Assembly (NCBI GenBank): GCA_040081135.1
Contig: JBEBHT010000001.1
Coordinates: 1-47,049, forward strand
Length of the DNA stretch: 47,049 bases
Origin: Lacibacter sp.
GTDB lineage: Bacteria > Bacteroidota > Bacteroidia > Chitinophagales > Chitinophagaceae
Direction: 5' to 3'
Position numbers and translations under genes: made by a program. Within the stretch, counting starts at the first letter, position 1. The number at the start of each line of letters is the position of its first letter. This document shows positions 27,111 through 37,046 of this stretch, in pieces. Under the pieces are notes generated by a model that was not told where the DNA came from, made no database searches, and was given only the letters and a program-made list of their open reading frames with translations.

Positions 27111-28038
27111 GCGCAAGTGTGTTTGAAAAGTGAACAAATTTCGATTGCAGATGCTGGGGTACACGAAACAACAATGGATGAAACAAGGCAGCTAATAATT
27201 CAATGCCATCAACCAATGTTGATGCAGAGGGTTGTGTAAACAAATCATAATCGCAAATAAAAACAGCCTTATTTTTCACCGCTTCTAAATGCTGCCATTC
27301 AGGTTTTGTTGTTAACAGGTGCAGTTCTTCTTTACTGCGCTCCACATGAAAACCACAGGGAGCAATCACCAATATTTCGGGATTATATTTTACAATTTTT
27401 TCCCATGAAGTAACAATACTGTCGCCACCGGGATTGCTCAACATATCAATACCGCCTGCCTGTGCTAACTGAAAAGGGATCCAATGCCCACAATTGTAAA
27501 TGGGTTGAATCCATTCCATCAGCATCACACGCTTCAAGGGCATTTGATGCATCCTCAGCGTGTTAAGAATATGCATGGTTCTTTTTTGCAAGGCAGCAAG
27601 GTAATGATAGGATGCAGATTCATGCCCCAAAGCTGTAGCAATAGTTACTGCTGTTGAGTAAACATCTTCTAAGGTTTGCGGCGATAAGGCAATAAGTTCG
27701 GGTTGTTTTTCAAGGTTGGCAACTGCTGCTGCTGTGCAGGCAGTATCAATCTGGCATACTTCACAAACATCCTGTGTAAAAATTACATTGGGTTGTATGT
27801 TCTGTAAAACCTCTTCATCAACATAGTATAAACTTTTTCCCTGTGCTTTACTGGCAGAAAATATTTTATCAATCTCTTCGCTACTGTAATTTTTACCTTC
27901 CATTACACAACGTACTACTTTTTGTTTTTCAGCGAGTGCAACAGGGGGGCATTCAAACGTTACCCCATGCAGCAAATGCTGTAACCCCATATCGTAGATC
28001 ATTTGGGTGGCGGCAGGTAAAAAGGAACATACTTTCAT
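27103..28038 (-). CDS. BtuF/TroA-like cobalamin-binding protein (no evident signal peptide)
   Basis: SFLPAATQMIY.MG..GVTFEC, P.VIFTQDVCEVC, EWIQPIYNCGHWIP, APCGF, PSASTLVDGIE. Confidence 0.82.
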   Translation of the reverse strand: MKVCSFLPAATQMIYDMGLQHLLHGVTFECPPVALAEKQKVVRCVMEGKNYSSEEIDKIFSASKAQGKSLYYVDEEVLQNIQPNVIFTQDVCEVCQIDTACTAAAVANLEKQPELIALSPQTLEDVYSTAVTIATALGHESASYHYLAALQKRTMHILNTLRMHQMPLKRVMLMEWIQPIYNCGHWIPFQLAQAGGIDMLSNPGGDSIVTSWEKIVKYNPEILVIAPCGFHVERSKEELHLLTTKPEWQHLEAVKNKAVFICDYDLFTQPSASTLVDGIELLAALFHPLLFRVPQHLQSKFVHFSNTLAHV

Positions 28039-28048
28039 GATCAATGGA

Positions 28049-28639
28049 TTAAGCTGTTTGTAAGGAGGGTTTATTTATTTTCATCCATTCAAACGCACCA
28101 AACATAATACCACTGTAAAGTAATGTGCCAATTAAAAATTTTTTGATAAACGGGGCACCCTGTGCATAACACTTTAACAAGCTTGTAAAACTGTGATCCA
28201 TTGTTTGGCCGGTTGTAATATCTGTACAACCAAAAACAAATACGCCAAAGTCAACAATCATCCAGTAAACCAATGTTGAACCGATACCAGTAAGTAAAAC
28301 ATTCTTTACCGATACCTGTTTCAGGAAGAGTCTTCCCAATAATACAATCATGCAAAAGCCGCCATACACCCAATACCATCCGCCATACATGACTCCATAT
28401 TTACCATTATAAATAAACACATTAATAATAATATCACTGATCAATAAGGTAAGCAATGGAAAACCAAACGCTTTCCAGTTTTTACTGAAATAAGCAGCAC
28501 CGAACAAACCCATAGCGCCAATAGGTGTAAAGTTGCTTAAGGGATGCAGTTGTGCTGCATTAGGTATACGTAAGGCCGCAACGGCCAGTATAAAAACGGC
28601 AAGGACTGCAAAACGGGGATTGAATTTTTGAGTTGTCAT
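28049..28639 (-). CDS. Integral membrane putative B12 transport protein (DUF6580-like)
   Basis: About 5-6 TM segments, NFTPIGAMGLFGAAYF, PLL.LLISD, CYAQGAPF; directly downstream of btuB. Confidence 0.75.
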   Translation of the reverse strand: MTTQKFNPRFAVLAVFILAVAALRIPNAAQLHPLSNFTPIGAMGLFGAAYFSKNWKAFGFPLLTLLISDIIINVFIYNGKYGVMYGGWYWVYGGFCMIVLLGRLFLKQVSVKNVLLTGIGSTLVYWMIVDFGVFVFGCTDITTGQTMDHSFTSLLKCYAQGAPFIKKFLIGTLLYSGIMFGAFEWMKINKPSLQTA

Positions 28640-28656
28640 GATTACGATTTTATGAA

Positions 28657-28694
28657 TGATGAGTAATGAATGTGTAACTGTTCATTACTCATCA
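28657..28694. repeat. Intergenic hairpin between btuB and the membrane gene
   Basis: 14-bp perfect inverted repeat tgatgagtaatgaa / ttcattactcatca with a 10-nt loop. Confidence 0.6.
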
Positions 28695-28701
28695 CTGATG
28701 A

Positions 28702-30627
28702 TTAAAGCTGAATACTTACTCCTCCTGTTACATTAAATTTACGGCTGTTATAACCGGGAACATCAAAATAAACCTGGCTGGTGATGTTACGGAGATCAAG
28801 AAATAGACGCAGGTTTTTTGTTGCCTGGTAGCCCGTATAGAAATCAATGGTGTAATAAGATGGCATTTGTGCCGGTCCGGCATCGTATTGCCCTTTTAAC
28901 CGTGAGCTGATGAAACGGAACGAAGGCATCACTGTTAATCCTTTCACTGGTTCTATAGTAAGCACACTGTTGAAACTGAAATTAGGACGACGGAACAGGT
29001 TCTTCACTTTTGCATTGTTATTCTTTCCTTCACCGTCAACATAAGTAAAGTTGTTGGCCCATATGCCAATTTTACCAAGCCCGATACTGCTTTCCACTTC
29101 AAACCCATAATCATGCTGTTCATCACGGTTGATGTACTGACTTGCATAGGTTGTCATATCCGTATAAAAGATGATGAGGTTTTTGATATCCCGTTTGAAA
29201 GCAACAAACCGAATAGAATTCTTTTTATCTGCACTGAAGGATTGAACGCCAAGTTCATAATTCTGTGTTGCTTCCGGTTTCAGTTCTTTGTTACCATATT
29301 CGCTGTACAATTGATAGAGTGAAGGAATCTTGTAGCCAGAAGATATATTTACAAACACTCTTGTATTATCATCAATATTATAAGAAGGGTTGAACGTATA
29401 CATTGCGTTTGTTCCGTAAATACTGTGGCTGTTGATACGGAACCCTCCTTCAATATTGAAGCCTTCAAGTTCAGTAACAAGCAGGGAAGCATAAAACGAA
29501 AGGTTGTTTGCTTTTGCTGAATCGCCTAACGCAGTTTCAAAAGGGCCATAGATGCTGATGCTCTTATAAGACTGCGTTGTGTTTTGTGCAACATATTGTG
29601 AACCTGCAACCAACGATAACTGTTCAGCGAAACGATAGTTCCCCGCTAATTCTGTAATACTGCTGTTACCTTCATAAGAACCTTTTGCATATTTGGCAAA
29701 GCCGCCAATACTTGCACTGTCATCTATATAAACTCTGGTATTGGTTAGCAGGTTTTGCGATAAAGTAAGGTTTAGTTTATTGTTGTGATAAAGAAAGGCA
29801 AGGCCATTGTTCAGGTTCTTCTGTACTACGTTATTATCTGCATCATCCTGAAATGCTCCTGCATCAATTCCATTTTTATACTGGCCGATATTGCTGAACC
29901 CTTTTACGGCAAAATTTCTGCTAAAATCGTAACGAAGGTTGGCAATAAAATTGTGTTGAGTAAAACGATCTTTGTCGAAATTTTTAGTACCCGTTGTATC
30001 ACGGGCAGCAGAAAAACCTTTACTGTCAGTAAAATTATAATTAACGTTATAAGAAAAAGCATTGAGCTTTCCACCTATACCTGCATTTAAACGAAAAGTA
30101 TTGTAGCTGCCGTAACTCAGTAAGCCGTTTACTTCTGCTTTTTTCCGCCCGCCTTTTTTGGTAATGATATTGATTACACCTGCAACAGCATCACTTCCCC
30201 ATAAAGTACTCTGTGCGCCTTTTAAAATTTCAATACGTTCTACCAGTCCTGTACTGATATGATTCGGATCAAACGAATTGTTGGTTTGTGATGGATCACT
30301 TACCGGAACACCATCAACTAAAATTAATACATTACCACTGGTGGCACCACGGAAATAGATATCCTGGTTGGTACCCAGTGTGTTATTGGCACCATTAATA
30401 AATACACTTGCCTGCTGATTAATGATTTCAGAAAGTGTGCGACCGGCGTTGCGTTGAATAGTTGCCTGGTCAATAACAGTTACTACTTTCCCGGTAGTTC
30501 GTTGTTTTTGCTCAATGCGGTTGGCGGTTACAATTACTTCGCCTAACGATTTTGCACTCGTGTCCTGGGCATTTAGATGACTGCAGATAAATAATCCGGC
30601 AGCCACTACAAATAATTTTTTTTTCAT
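28702..30627 (-). CDS. btuB: TonB-dependent vitamin B12 receptor
   Basis: Signal peptide, TonB box EVIVTANR, VLILVDGVP, ERIEILKGAQSTLWGSDAVAGVINIITKK, GYKIPSLYQLY; first gene after the cobalamin riboswitch. Confidence 0.9.
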   Translation of the reverse strand: MKKKLFVVAAGLFICSHLNAQDTSAKSLGEVIVTANRIEQKQRTTGKVVTVIDQATIQRNAGRTLSEIINQQASVFINGANNTLGTNQDIYFRGATSGNVLILVDGVPVSDPSQTNNSFDPNHISTGLVERIEILKGAQSTLWGSDAVAGVINIITKKGGRKKAEVNGLLSYGSYNTFRLNAGIGGKLNAFSYNVNYNFTDSKGFSAARDTTGTKNFDKDRFTQHNFIANLRYDFSRNFAVKGFSNIGQYKNGIDAGAFQDDADNNVVQKNLNNGLAFLYHNNKLNLTLSQNLLTNTRVYIDDSASIGGFAKYAKGSYEGNSSITELAGNYRFAEQLSLVAGSQYVAQNTTQSYKSISIYGPFETALGDSAKANNLSFYASLLVTELEGFNIEGGFRINSHSIYGTNAMYTFNPSYNIDDNTRVFVNISSGYKIPSLYQLYSEYGNKELKPEATQNYELGVQSFSADKKNSIRFVAFKRDIKNLIIFYTDMTTYASQYINRDEQHDYGFEVESSIGLGKIGIWANNFTYVDGEGKNNNAKVKNLFRRPNFSFNSVLTIEPVKGLTVMPSFRFISSRLKGQYDAGPAQMPSYYTIDFYTGYQATKNLRLFLDLRNITSQVYFDVPGYNSRKFNVTGGVSIQL

Positions 30628-30743
30628 TTTTGAAAAAAGGTTTTGTTGTGACTGCTTTCAGAAAAAAAAGAGATGGAAATATAAATGCCTCGCAGCTTTT
30701 ACACTTCACGCTTTTCACCCGAAAGCAAAATGAATTTGATAGT

Positions 30744-30930
30744 AACGGCAGGTCTTCTGGCTCAACGACCAAATCAATACGCCTTCCCGAATTTTATTCA
30801 GTGGCTAAGTAGATTGAGATGTTGCCTTCTTCCTTTTCAGGGAGAGGCATCGCTTTACAGCTACGGGGATAGCGCCGGATTTACACCGGACTTCCCTTTT
30901 AATGGCGCTAAAAGCGCCAACCGCTACGGT
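30744..30930 (-). ncRNA. Cobalamin riboswitch
   Basis: Minus strand AAAAGGGAAGTCCGGTGTAAATCCGGCGCTATCCCCGTAGCTGTAA..GCCACTG..GGGAAGGC..GAGCCAGAAGACCTGCC (B12 box), upstream of btuB. Confidence 0.95.
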
Positions 30931-30932
30931 TG

Positions 30933-30964
30933 CAAAAGTAGGGGAGCGGAATTGGAGATTCAAA
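30933..30964 (-). promoter_or_regulatory. Canonical Bacteroidota promoter of the B12 operon
   Basis: TTTG (30964-30961), 20-nt spacer, TACTTTTG (30940-30933) immediately before the riboswitch. Confidence 0.8.
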
Positions 30965-31159
30965 TTTGTTTATACAGGGTTATTAACATATGTTACGGTT
31001 AAAGAAAATCAGCGCATAGCATGTTTTTAACATATTGGCTATACTCCTTTGATTGATCCACCGTTTCCAGTTTATCCGCTGATCTGTTATACACTCTATT
31101 CTTACCAAACGACTGTTCTTATCAGAACCATTGAATGTTTCAACCTTAAATCAATTTGT

Positions 31160-31906
31160 ATGAATAGTCGTGTCTGTATTTTCTTTTTTCTTTTTTCTTT
31201 CGCCGTTCACAGTTCTTCTTTACTTGCACAGCAAAAAAGTTCAAAGTATGAAGTGGGTATTAATGTGGGTGCGTATGTGTATCAGGGCGATTTAGCACCC
31301 AGTGCTGTTGGTTCATGGAAAACGATGAAACCGGGTATTGCAATCCACGGATCAAGAAAACTGAATTCGATATTTGCACTGCGTTTAAATCTTTCGATTG
31401 CCTCTTTAAAAGGAGATGAATCAAAGTATAACAGCCCTGCCTATCACCAGTACCGTAATTTTAAATTCAAGACGGCTTTGATTGAAGTATCGCCACAAAT
31501 TGTGTGGAGCCCTTGGGGTTGGGATGAAGTAGGTAAAAGAATTTCTCCCTATGCTTTTGCAGGAGTTGGTTTGGGCTTTGTTCGCATTCGCCGTGACTGG
31601 AGTAATTTCAATTCATCGCATTTTCCACTTGAAGAAGATATGCCTATACGCATTGCACAGGATGCTGCGCACCGAACACCTTCTGTAATACCCTCTATAC
31701 CCTTTGGTGCAGGTTTACGTTATGCAGTATCACCAAGAATTGTAATCAATGGTGAAGTTTCCTACAGAGGAATGTTTACTGATTACCTTGATGGGTTTAG
31801 TAAAGCTGCCAATCCCCGTTTAAAAGATCATTATTACAATGTGTCTGTTGGTGTTATTTACCGCTTTGGGAAAAAGAACAGCTGGGATTGTCCGCCAGTA
31901 AAATAA
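31160..31906 (+). CDS. Outer-membrane beta-barrel protein (DUF6089-like)
   Basis: Signal peptide, YEVGINVG..YQGDL, RNFKFKT, PYAFAGVG, FTDYLDG, C-terminal YRFG..CP. ATG 31160. Confidence 0.72.
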   Translation: MNSRVCIFFFLFSFAVHSSSLLAQQKSSKYEVGINVGAYVYQGDLAPSAVGSWKTMKPGIAIHGSRKLNSIFALRLNLSIASLKGDESKYNSPAYHQYRNFKFKTALIEVSPQIVWSPWGWDEVGKRISPYAFAGVGLGFVRIRRDWSNFNSSHFPLEEDMPIRIAQDAAHRTPSVIPSIPFGAGLRYAVSPRIVINGEVSYRGMFTDYLDGFSKAANPRLKDHYYNVSVGVIYRFGKKNSWDCPPVK

Positions 31907-31911
31907 ACTGC

Positions 31912-33984
31912 TTAGTTTTTATGGCAACGTTGAAACAATGAGATACCTGCATAATAATTTCTTCCCGGCGCCACATTGTAAAAACGGTAGGCAGCTGCGT
32001 TAATATCATTACCAAGGCTGTAAGTTTCGTTGAAGAGGTTATCGCCTCCAACAAATACTTCAGCCTGCAGTTTGCCCACAAAGATTTTTTTGTAACCAAG
32101 TCTTACAGCCAGTAAATGATAATCACCGGCATAAAATGTATTGGCATCATTCAATGGAGTTCTGTCATTGTAATTGTAAGTAACGTTGATATAAACTCCG
32201 GGTTTGATCATTGCATCAAAACCAATCGCCAGGATATTTTTTGGCACACTGGGTAATTGTTTGCCACTGTAATCGTTGGTGAGTTGTTTAAAATCATGAT
32301 ATCTGAAATCGTTGTGAGTGTAGCTGAGCCAAACATTACTCTGTGAAAGAAATTTGCGTTCATCAGCTGCAATCTTATACTGAACAAATGTTTCAACGCC
32401 TCTTTGTCTTGTTGAACCGGCATTGGCAAAATAATCTGCACCACTCAAATCTCTTCTTTGTACAATTGTGTTATTGAGTTTGAATAAAAAACCATTCACA
32501 TCAACAAACAGTTTTTCTTTCCAGTTGAATCTTGCACCAGCTTCATAGTTCCAACCTTCCTCTGCATTCAGATCAGTTGTAATAATTCCTGTTGATGGTA
32601 ACACTTCAACAGATGTAGGAGGTGAAAAACCTTTTGCAACAGAAGCATACACAGAAAATTCTTTTGCAACTTTTTTCAGCAATGAAAGTCTTGGTGCTAT
32701 TTCATTATCATATGTTCTTTTCTGCGGACTGAGCGGGAACTTATTCAAACGTATGATTTCAATTTTATTCTGATTCAGACTTGCACCCGCAGTAATAATC
32801 CAGCCTTTGGGTAAGTTCCAGTCGGCCTGTGCAAATGTGCTCCAGATAAATGGATTCACTTCATCTTCTGTTTGCAAAGTATCGCTTGCACCATTTTTAT
32901 TTTTATATACACGGAGGTTATACCATCCTCTCTGTAATTCTGCACCGGCAATGAATTTCAATTCGCCCAAACCAATCTTTGGTGTAAATGCAAATACAGT
33001 TCTTCCTCCTGCATGCGGTTCCGATCTTCTTTCATAATTCCTTACAGCAGCGTTGGCAAATTGGGAGAAAGCACCATAGAGTGTAGTAATATTCTTAAAG
33101 CTTTCTGTAATGGCAAACTCATGACTGAATCCACCAAAAAAAGTTTTTTGATGAACAGATGCATTTGCTTTTTCACTGCTGGGGAAAGCACCAACAGCAG
33201 GTCTTGCCTGTTTAGGATTGGCTGCATACTCAACAGGATTTAATCCGCCGGGTGTTTGATAAAACAAATCAGCATACATTAAAAATGTACGGATGCTTTG
33301 TTTTTGATTCAGTTCAAATTTTGTATCCCAGCTGAATACGTCCCGTTTTACTTTGGTCCAGTCACGGTAGCCATCACTTTTTAATTGATTAAAGCTGATG
33401 GTTTGCTGTGAATTGCCTTCGCCAATTCTTGCCTGTACATTCATGGTTTGTAATCCAAAACTCCCAAACAGGTAATCTATACCAACACCTGATGGTTTAT
33501 TCATGCCCTGCGTTTTCAGTAAAACAGTTCCGCCGCTTCCTGCACCATATAAACTGGAAGAAGGTCCTTTTAAGATTTCAATAGATTGAATATTGTAAAA
33601 GCCAAGCTGGTTGAGATAGGTTGATCCGCCGGGTTCTGTAAACGGAATTTCATTGAGATATACTTTTACATTCCGCACACCAAAGGGTGAACGCAATGAA
33701 CTTCCACGAATGTTTAAACGGTAACTGCCGGGACTGCGTTCTTCCATACGAACACCGGGTGCTGCATTCATTGCAGGCAGAATGGATGTATTGCTGAAAC
33801 GCAACAGCTGCTTTTGCTGAACAGCACTTACAGCTGCCGGTACATCCATCAGCTTACGGTTTTGTTCAAATGCTTTGATAATGATTTCACCTAATTCTTT
33901 CGAACTTGTATCAGGTTGGGTTTGTGCAGCAGCACTGGCGGCAATACAGATTGCGGCGGTAATAGACAGTAGTTGGTTCCTCAT
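31912..33984 (-). CDS. TonB-dependent receptor (substrate unknown)
   Basis: Signal peptide, RLNIRGSSLRSPFGVRNVKVY, EILKGPSSSLYG, GFSPPT, APGRNYYAG. Confidence 0.9.
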   Translation of the reverse strand: MRNQLLSITAAICIAASAAAQTQPDTSSKELGEIIIKAFEQNRKLMDVPAAVSAVQQKQLLRFSNTSILPAMNAAPGVRMEERSPGSYRLNIRGSSLRSPFGVRNVKVYLNEIPFTEPGGSTYLNQLGFYNIQSIEILKGPSSSLYGAGSGGTVLLKTQGMNKPSGVGIDYLFGSFGLQTMNVQARIGEGNSQQTISFNQLKSDGYRDWTKVKRDVFSWDTKFELNQKQSIRTFLMYADLFYQTPGGLNPVEYAANPKQARPAVGAFPSSEKANASVHQKTFFGGFSHEFAITESFKNITTLYGAFSQFANAAVRNYERRSEPHAGGRTVFAFTPKIGLGELKFIAGAELQRGWYNLRVYKNKNGASDTLQTEDEVNPFIWSTFAQADWNLPKGWIITAGASLNQNKIEIIRLNKFPLSPQKRTYDNEIAPRLSLLKKVAKEFSVYASVAKGFSPPTSVEVLPSTGIITTDLNAEEGWNYEAGARFNWKEKLFVDVNGFLFKLNNTIVQRRDLSGADYFANAGSTRQRGVETFVQYKIAADERKFLSQSNVWLSYTHNDFRYHDFKQLTNDYSGKQLPSVPKNILAIGFDAMIKPGVYINVTYNYNDRTPLNDANTFYAGDYHLLAVRLGYKKIFVGKLQAEVFVGGDNLFNETYSLGNDINAAAYRFYNVAPGRNYYAGISLFQRCHKN

Positions 33985-33990
33985 AAGATA

Positions 33991-33998
33991 CAAAGATA
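33991..33998 (-). promoter_or_regulatory. -7 element, probably giving a leaderless transcript
   Basis: TATCTTTG 6 nt upstream of ATG 33984. Confidence 0.5.
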
Positions 33999-34080
33999 AA
34001 TTACAATCGGATTGGTTATTCAGGTTTTTTAAAACGCAGATGATAAAGAAAAAGTATCTTCAGCGTATAGATTATATGGC

Positions 34081-35418
34081 ATGAAAACTTCCAGTAATAA
34101 ACTCAACCTGTTCTCCTTTACCATGATCGTTGTAGGTCTGGTGATTGGAATGGGTATTTTCCGAACGGCAGCTACCAGTGCAAAAGATGCCATTGTGCCT
34201 TCTGTTTATTTCAGCGCCTGGATCATTGGCGGATTGGTGGCCTTATGCGGTGCATTGACTTATGCAGAAATCGGCAGCCGTTATCCTGTTACAGGTGGTT
34301 ACTACAAAGTGTTTGCGCAGGCTTATCATCCCAGCATAGCCTTTGCAATCAACTGTTTGATCTTAGTAAGCAATGCAGCCAGCTTAAGCGGTGTTGCACT
34401 GATCGGTAGTGGTTATTTATTAAAATTATTTCCCGGTGAATGGAACGATACGCATAAAGCGCTGGTGAGTTGCGGAGCCATTCTTCTTTTTTATATTATT
34501 AATCTGCGTGGATTAAAAATCAGTTCTGCCACACAGAATATTTTAATGGTGATCAAGATCGCTATGATCCTTGTGCTGATTGCAGCTTTGTTTTTTCCTG
34601 ATAAATATGCAACCGTTATTCAGGAATCTTCAACTATTCAAACTGCTGCATCATTCAGTTATTTCGATTGGGTAAAAAGTTTGGGCGTAAGTCTTATTGC
34701 CGTTTCCTTTACCTATGGTGGTTACCAGCAAACGATCAACTTTGGAAACGAAGTACAGAATCCAACCAAAAATATACCCCGTGGTATTTTTATGGGTATT
34801 GCTATTATCATTGGTTTGTATTTACTGGTGAACATGAGTTATTACAATCTTGTTGGCTTTAACCAGATGAAAGGAGAGAGGGAAATAGCGTATGTGGTGA
34901 TTGATAAAATTTTCGGTACAACGGGAGCCACTGTTTTTTCTGCTTTTCTTTTCCTGGGTGTACTGGCTTATGTAAATGGTTTGCTAATGAGTAATCCCCG
35001 TGTAATGTATGCAATGGGTGAAGATGGAAGTTTACCGAAACTGTTTGCCAAACAAAACGAAAAGAACAATGTGCTTACTTTTTCGCTCACCATCTTTGCT
35101 GCCATGTGCCTGGTGATTCTGTTTTTTGCACAGGAGTTTGAAAAAATATTAACCTTCACTATTTTTCTTGATTGCTTTGGAATGGTGCTCAGCAGTGCAA
35201 CGATCTTCTGGTTTCGTAAAAAAACAAAACATCTTGATGGAACAGGTATTTATAAGATGAAACTGTTTCCATTAATGCCTTTGATTTTTATAGCTGCTTA
35301 TTTATTTGTAGGTATCAGCATTTCCGTTGCTGATTCGGCCGCAGCATTAACAGGGTTGGCTGTGCTGGCGGTATTTGTGCTGATTTATTTTTTATTCCAT
35401 AAAAAGAAAGTTCAATAA
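34081..35418 (+). CDS. APC-family amino acid permease
   Basis: VIGMGIF, GALTYAEIGSRYPVTGGYY, EVQNPTKNIPRGI, PRVMYAMG; about 12 TM segments. Confidence 0.92.
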   Translation: MKTSSNKLNLFSFTMIVVGLVIGMGIFRTAATSAKDAIVPSVYFSAWIIGGLVALCGALTYAEIGSRYPVTGGYYKVFAQAYHPSIAFAINCLILVSNAASLSGVALIGSGYLLKLFPGEWNDTHKALVSCGAILLFYIINLRGLKISSATQNILMVIKIAMILVLIAALFFPDKYATVIQESSTIQTAASFSYFDWVKSLGVSLIAVSFTYGGYQQTINFGNEVQNPTKNIPRGIFMGIAIIIGLYLLVNMSYYNLVGFNQMKGEREIAYVVIDKIFGTTGATVFSAFLFLGVLAYVNGLLMSNPRVMYAMGEDGSLPKLFAKQNEKNNVLTFSLTIFAAMCLVILFFAQEFEKILTFTIFLDCFGMVLSSATIFWFRKKTKHLDGTGIYKMKLFPLMPLIFIAAYLFVGISISVADSAAALTGLAVLAVFVLIYFLFHKKKVQ

Positions 35419-35419
35419 C

Positions 35420-35767
35420 ATGTTACAGAAACTTCGCAAAGTTATTTATCATGTAAATGATCTTGCAAAGGCGAAAGAATGGTATACCGACCTTACAGGT
35501 ATTCAGCCTTATTTCGACGAACCATTTTATATTGGGTTTGATATTAATGGGTTTGAACTGGGTCTTGATCCTGACATGACGAATGTGAAAGAAGGAAATC
35601 ATAGTACCGCTTATTGGGCCGTAGAAGATATTCAGGCAGCAGTAGGAAAAGCAGTTGGGTTGAAAGCCAAACTGGTTTCACCAATCACGAATGTTGGCGG
35701 TACCATTGAAGTTGCCATTGTGGAAGATCCTTTTGGAAATTCAGTTGGATTAATTACAGGAGCTTAA
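35420..35767 (+). CDS. VOC/glyoxalase-family protein
   Basis: YHVNDLAKAKEWY, YWAVEDI, VEDPFGNSVGLI. Confidence 0.88.
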   Translation: MLQKLRKVIYHVNDLAKAKEWYTDLTGIQPYFDEPFYIGFDINGFELGLDPDMTNVKEGNHSTAYWAVEDIQAAVGKAVGLKAKLVSPITNVGGTIEVAIVEDPFGNSVGLITGA

Positions 35768-35775
35768 TTATATAT

Positions 35776-36939
35776 ATGGACTTATCCTACATTCTCAACG
35801 AACTGGGCGAAGACCGAGAACATTATTTCAATGCTGTTTCGCCGCCCATCATGCAAACAAGCAATTTTGCATTTAAAAAAGTAGATGATTTGCGGAGTGC
35901 TTTTGCAGATGAAATGAGTACTTATCTCTACAGCCGAGGATTGAACCCAACGGTTGATATTCTGCGTAAAAAACTGGCGGCATTAGATGGAGCCGAAGAT
36001 TGTCTGGTCTTTAATAATGGTGCAGCTGCCATCTTTGCGGCAGTACTGGCCAATGTAAAAACAGGCGATCATATTGTAAGTGTGAGCAAACCTTATACAT
36101 GGGTGCAACGCATGTTCGATGTTATTCTTCCACGCTTTGGTATTAGCACCACTTATGTTGATGGAAGAAAAACGGAGAACTATATTGAAGCAACAAAACC
36201 CAATACAACTTTTTATTATCTCGAAAGCCCCAACAGCTGGGATTTTGCTTTGCAGGATATTGAAGCGGTAGCGGCCTATGCAAAACAAAAGAACATCATT
36301 ACCTTAATTGATAACAGTTATTGTACGCCGCTTTATCAGCAGCCATTACAAATGGGCATTGATATGGCCATGCAAACAGCAACCAAGTATATCGGCGGAC
36401 ACAGTGATACACTGGGTGGGGTGTTATGCGGTACCCATGCCATGATAAAAAAGATTTTCGACAGTGAATACCTGAATATCGGCAGCGGAATTCAACCTTT
36501 TAATGCCTGGTTGCTCATCCGTGGATTGAGAACTTTACCTGCCCGTCTGGAACGCATCAACCGATCAACCCAAAAAGTGGTTGATTTTATTAAAAATCAT
36601 TCTGCTGTTTCTTCCATCATTTATCCGTTTGATGAGAGCTTTGGTCAGTATCAGCTGGCAAAGAAACAAATGAAGGAAGCACCCGGTTTATTTACCTTTT
36701 ATTTCAGGGCAACTTCCCGGAAGCAGATTGTAACTTTTTGCGAAAGTCTGCAACATATACAAATGGCAGTAAGCTGGGGAGGCCATGAAAGCCTGTTATT
36801 GCCAAGGTGTGCAGCCTTACAGGATGAGGATTTTGATGCCGCCAACCCCGAACATCAAATGGCCCGAATCTATGTTGGATTAGAAGATCCTGAGTACCTG
36901 ATCGCTGACCTTGATCAGGCTTTTAAAGCGGCTTTTTAA
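35776..36939 (+). CDS. Cys/Met metabolism PLP-dependent enzyme (cystathionine beta-lyase/gamma-synthase family)
   Basis: PPIMQTSNF, YSRGLNPT, LESPNS, IDNSY.TP, TATKYIGGHSD (PLP Lys), RGLRTL, VSWGGHESL, VGLED. Confidence 0.92.
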   Translation: MDLSYILNELGEDREHYFNAVSPPIMQTSNFAFKKVDDLRSAFADEMSTYLYSRGLNPTVDILRKKLAALDGAEDCLVFNNGAAAIFAAVLANVKTGDHIVSVSKPYTWVQRMFDVILPRFGISTTYVDGRKTENYIEATKPNTTFYYLESPNSWDFALQDIEAVAAYAKQKNIITLIDNSYCTPLYQQPLQMGIDMAMQTATKYIGGHSDTLGGVLCGTHAMIKKIFDSEYLNIGSGIQPFNAWLLIRGLRTLPARLERINRSTQKVVDFIKNHSAVSSIIYPFDESFGQYQLAKKQMKEAPGLFTFYFRATSRKQIVTFCESLQHIQMAVSWGGHESLLLPRCAALQDEDFDAANPEHQMARIYVGLEDPEYLIADLDQAFKAAF

Positions 36940-37046
36940 AGTAAAAGGGCTAAAAACAAAGAATGTTCAGGAAATAGTCGGCTTCACAGTTAAACCGCTA
37001 ATCAAAATTCAATACATTCGTGCCCCTTAGAACCTATTTTTGTTAT

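Noticed and set aside
30512..31002. Short ORFs over the btuB leader (86, 60 and 105 aa)
   Set aside because: They overlap the cobalamin riboswitch and promoter and have no protein features.
30984..31033. taacatatgtta palindrome and atgtttttaacat as operator sites
   Set aside because: Short AT-only palindromes are expected by chance here and no cognate regulator is evident.
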